A program made the position numbers and the translations under genes. From Candidatus Wolfebacteria bacterium GW2011_GWB1_47_1 (GTDB taxonomy: Bacteria; Patescibacteriota; Minisyncoccia; UBA6257; UBA9933), in NCBI GenBank assembly GCA_001029635.1, contig CP011209.1, positions 551,774 through 615,773 of the forward strand: a stretch of DNA of 64,000 bases. The letters run 5' to 3'. The notes beneath the pieces were generated by a model. That model was not told where the DNA came from, made no database searches, and was given only the letters and a program-made list of their open reading frames with translations. Positions 60,817-64,000 of this stretch are shown piece after piece; within the stretch, counting starts at the first letter, position 1; the number at the start of each line of letters is the position of its first letter.

Positions 60817-63369
60817 ATGTTCGACTTTTTGAAAACAATTTTTGGAAAATACGACTTCGACCCTATAGTCGCCGAGGTCGCCGAATGGGAGGGAGACGTA
60901 AAACAGCTTTCTGTGGATGCATTGCGGGAGCGTAGTAGTGCATTGCGTACCCGGATCATTGAAGGGGGTGTTACGGTTGATGGAGCGCTTCCTGAAGCGT
61001 TTGCTTTGATTCGTGAGGCTGCCCGTCGCACGCTTACTATGCGTCACTTTGACGTACAATTGATCGGTGGCATGGTGCTTCATCAGGGAAAGATTGCCGA
61101 GATGCGAACCGGAGAAGGGAAGACCCTTATGGCAACCGCCCCGGTTTACCTCAATGCATTGACTGGAAAGGGTGTGCATGTTGTTACTGTGAACGATTAT
61201 TTGGCACGTCGTGATGCCGTGTGGATGGGGCAAATTTATCAGGCATTAGGCATGACCGTTGGTTGCCTTACGCATGATGCCGCTTTCGTATATGATCCAT
61301 CGTTTGTTGCGCCGAAGGAAGATTTGGCAGAAGCGGCAGCGGAGGCCGATGAAACGCGTGACACCTTGGGAAGCTTTAAGGTGGTTCAGGAATTTTTGCG
61401 GCCCATTTCTCGTAAAGAGGCGTATCAGCTTGATATTCTCTATGGTACAAATCATGAATTTGGATTTGATTATTTGCGCGACAACCTGGCTTATCGGGCT
61501 GAAGACCAGGTACAACGCGGACATCATTACGCAATCATCGACGAAGTTGATAGCATTTTGATCGATGAAGCACGGACGCCGCTGATCATTGCCGCACCCG
61601 ACACCGAATCGAGTGAATACTATAAGATTTTTGCGCGTATTGCGACGATGCTTTCCAAGGAAGACTACGAGATTGATGAAAAGGCCCGTAGCGTTTCCAT
61701 TAATGATAGTGGCATCTCTAAGGTTGAAAATGCGCTTAGTATTAAGAATATTTATAATCCGGAAAATTTCCAGCTCGTCCATTATTTGGAGGAGTCATTG
61801 AAGGCGCAGACCTTATTTCATAAGGATAAGCAGTATGTGATCAAGGGAGGTGAAGTTATTATCGTTGATGAGTTTACCGGGCGCATGATGCCAGGACGCC
61901 GTTATTCGGGCGGATTACATCAGGCAATCGAAGCAAAGGAAGGAGTACAGATTCAGCAGGAGTCAAAGACGTATGCGCAGATTACGTTGCAGAATTATTT
62001 CCGTCTCTATGAGCGCATCGGAGGTATGACCGGAACGGCCCAGACATCGGCTGAGGAATTCCATAAAGTATATGATCTTGAGGTCGTGAGCATTCCGACG
62101 AACAAGCCGCCTATGCGCAAGGACATGAGTGATGTTATCTTTAAGACGAAGGTGGAGAAGTATCATGCGGTTGTTGCCGATATTAAGCAGCGGTATGCCG
62201 AAGGACAGCCGGTTCTCGTTGGTACTGCTTCCATTGAGAATAATGAGTTGGTTTCACATTTACTCGCTCAGGCACATGTGCCTCATCAGTTACTTAATGC
62301 AAAGAACCATGAGCGCGAAGGAGAGATTATTGCCCAGGCGGGGCGTTTGAAGGCTGTTACAGTCGCCACCAACATGGCAGGACGTGGCGTTGATATTATC
62401 TTGGGAGGTAATCCGCCAACCGTTGAAGAAGGGGAGCAGGTACGTGCATTGGGAGGTTTGCATGTAATCGGTACCGAGCGGCATGAAGCACGTCGTATTG
62501 ACAACCAGCTTCAGGGGCGCTCAGGGCGTCAAGGCGATCCAGGCTCTTCTCATTTTTATCTTTCATTGGAAGATGATTTGCTTCGCATCTTTGGAGGGGA
62601 TCGGGTAAAAGGATTTATGGAGACGTTGAAATTTCCCGAGGGGGAGCCGATCGAATCCAAGATCATTTCTCGCGTCGTCAACGAGGCACAAAAAAAGGTT
62701 GAAGGATTAAATTTCGATGCGCGCAAGCATTTGCTCGAATACGATGACGTACTCAACAAGCAGCGTTCATTACTGTACAGACAACGTCAGGAGGTGCTTG
62801 GTGGTACTGCAAAGCAGGCTGCTATTGATACGGTTAGCAAGGTCTATGATCTACTTGCGGCACAGGCGATAGAACGCCCTGCATTGGAAGAGATTTTGAC
62901 CAATGCCGAGATTGTCACCACTGACGAGATTAAGGATATTGATAATCTAAAGGAATATTTAAACGCTAAGATTGAGCGCCTGATTGAACCGGCGGGGGAA
63001 ATGGATGTGCGTATGCGGTTACTTTCGATTATTGATCGATTATGGATGGGTCACCTTGAAAATCTTGAGGATCTTCGCGAATCCGTCCGCATGCGCGCCT
63101 ATGCGCAGCATGATCCGTTGGTCGAATATCGACGCGAGAGCTATCACTTGTTTCAAGATCTGATCCGTAATTACGATGATTGGATCTTCTATAACATTTG
63201 GAAGATATTGCCACAGCTTGCAACAACTACGGAGTCTCCGGTAATCGCATTGGATACTTCCGTTGTCGAGGATATGTCGGGCAAGATTGGCCGCAACGAT
63301 CTATGCTATTGCGGATCGGGAAAGAAATTCAAGAAGTGTCATGGTGGGAAGGAGTTACATACTGCATAA
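60817..63369 (+). CDS. secA: Preprotein translocase SecA
   Basis: EMRTGEGKT, DEVDSILIDEARTPL, ATNMAGRG, GRSGRQGDPG and a SEC-C motif. Confidence 0.98.
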   Translation: MFDFLKTIFGKYDFDPIVAEVAEWEGDVKQLSVDALRERSSALRTRIIEGGVTVDGALPEAFALIREAARRTLTMRHFDVQLIGGMVLHQGKIAEMRTGEGKTLMATAPVYLNALTGKGVHVVTVNDYLARRDAVWMGQIYQALGMTVGCLTHDAAFVYDPSFVAPKEDLAEAAAEADETRDTLGSFKVVQEFLRPISRKEAYQLDILYGTNHEFGFDYLRDNLAYRAEDQVQRGHHYAIIDEVDSILIDEARTPLIIAAPDTESSEYYKIFARIATMLSKEDYEIDEKARSVSINDSGISKVENALSIKNIYNPENFQLVHYLEESLKAQTLFHKDKQYVIKGGEVIIVDEFTGRMMPGRRYSGGLHQAIEAKEGVQIQQESKTYAQITLQNYFRLYERIGGMTGTAQTSAEEFHKVYDLEVVSIPTNKPPMRKDMSDVIFKTKVEKYHAVVADIKQRYAEGQPVLVGTASIENNELVSHLLAQAHVPHQLLNAKNHEREGEIIAQAGRLKAVTVATNMAGRGVDIILGGNPPTVEEGEQVRALGGLHVIGTERHEARRIDNQLQGRSGRQGDPGSSHFYLSLEDDLLRIFGGDRVKGFMETLKFPEGEPIESKIISRVVNEAQKKVEGLNFDARKHLLEYDDVLNKQRSLLYRQRQEVLGGTAKQAAIDTVSKVYDLLAAQAIERPALEEILTNAEIVTTDEIKDIDNLKEYLNAKIERLIEPAGEMDVRMRLLSIIDRLWMGHLENLEDLRESVRMRAYAQHDPLVEYRRESYHLFQDLIRNYDDWIFYNIWKILPQLATTTESPVIALDTSVVEDMSGKIGRNDLCYCGSGKKFKKCHGGKELHTA

Positions 63370-63372
63370 TTT

Positions 63373-63498
63373 AATAATCTTTCAATTTGGCGAATTGCTT
63401 TGTTGCGGGCCCCGATTGTCTCGGTCGTCGTACGCGTAAGTACGACTTCCTCGACAATCTTCCCGCACCTCGCACCTCATCCAAATTGAAAGATTATT
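63373..63498. repeat. Structured intergenic element, copy C
   Basis: Perfect 18-bp terminal inverted repeat and a core homologous to copies A and B. Confidence 0.8.
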
Positions 63499-63514
63499 TT
63501 CATTCGATACTATT

Positions 63515-63964
63515 ATGACAATCAATAAAGATCTTTATTTTGTTGCGGTAAAAGTATTTTTACAGGATCAAGAGGGGAGGTTATTAATTACCAAAGATCG
63601 CTTCGATGCTTGGGATATACCCGGCGGGAGGTTGCGGGAAATGGATTTTGTAACGCCCCTTGAAGCTGTTATTGAGCGAAAGATGCTTGAGGAGCTTGGT
63701 GAATCGGTTCGATATGATCTAGGTGATCCTGTGATTTTTATGCGCCATGAGCGGGATGAATTACTACCTTCCGGAGAGCGGGAAAAGCGAAGGATCTTCG
63801 CTGTTGGGTATCGTGCAACGTATCGTGGCGGGGAGATCGTTTTGGGAGGAAATCATGAGCAATACGAATGGGTATCTCTGGACACATTTGTTCCCGAACG
63901 TTATTTTACCGGAGGCTGGTTGCGGGGAATAAAGGAATTTATTGAGAAGGTTAAAATTAGTTAA
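63515..63964 (+). CDS. NUDIX-fold hydrolase
   Basis: WDIPGGRL...IERKMLEELG (degenerate Nudix box). Confidence 0.8.
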   Translation: MTINKDLYFVAVKVFLQDQEGRLLITKDRFDAWDIPGGRLREMDFVTPLEAVIERKMLEELGESVRYDLGDPVIFMRHERDELLPSGEREKRRIFAVGYRATYRGGEIVLGGNHEQYEWVSLDTFVPERYFTGGWLRGIKEFIEKVKIS

Positions 63965-64000
63965 CATGATGATCGCCGAAAGGCGATCATTATGTTAATG

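Noticed and set aside
60210-61233. 273-aa and 169-aa minus-strand ORFs
   Set aside because: They are antisense to hpf/raiA and secA and have no recognisable motifs.
63961-63998. Long GAAA-tetraloop hairpin at the window end
   Set aside because: It follows the NUDIX stop codon and its context is cut off, so it cannot be told apart from a terminator.

Overview
The window looks like chromosome from a small-genome bacterium, most likely Patescibacteria/CPR (Parcubacteria-like). This is inferred from the streamlined PheT, IF2, ProS and UvrBC proteins, the archaeal-type AspRS and the near-absence of Shine-Dalgarno (SD) sites on core genes. It carries housekeeping genes (aspS partial, pheST, infB-rbfA, proS, mreBC, an mreD-like gene, grpE-dnaK-dnaJ, pcm, rsmE, uvrABC, lemA, hpf/raiA, secA), four tRNAs, ABC/SulP/MFS transporters, several peptidoglycan enzymes, three tandem FN3-repeat surface-protein paralogs and a RAYT-type Y1 transposase with three palindromes. 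Most notable observations: (1) a ~125-bp structured intergenic element in three diverged copies with compensatory base changes; (2) about 15 orphan genes built as self-contained promoter-SD-ORF-terminator cassettes among SD-less core genes, two groups forming tandem arrays with shared terminators; (3) a T-box riboswitch with an apparently ultra-short Stem I and an Asn specifier before a non-discriminating-type AspRS; (4) gene-conversion-like mosaicism among the FN3 paralogs; (5) an uncalled 51-aa Lys/Ala/Val histone-H1-like gene behind an extremely AT-rich tract. No CRISPR array, rRNA or prophage was seen. All calls were made by eye; no database searches were run.
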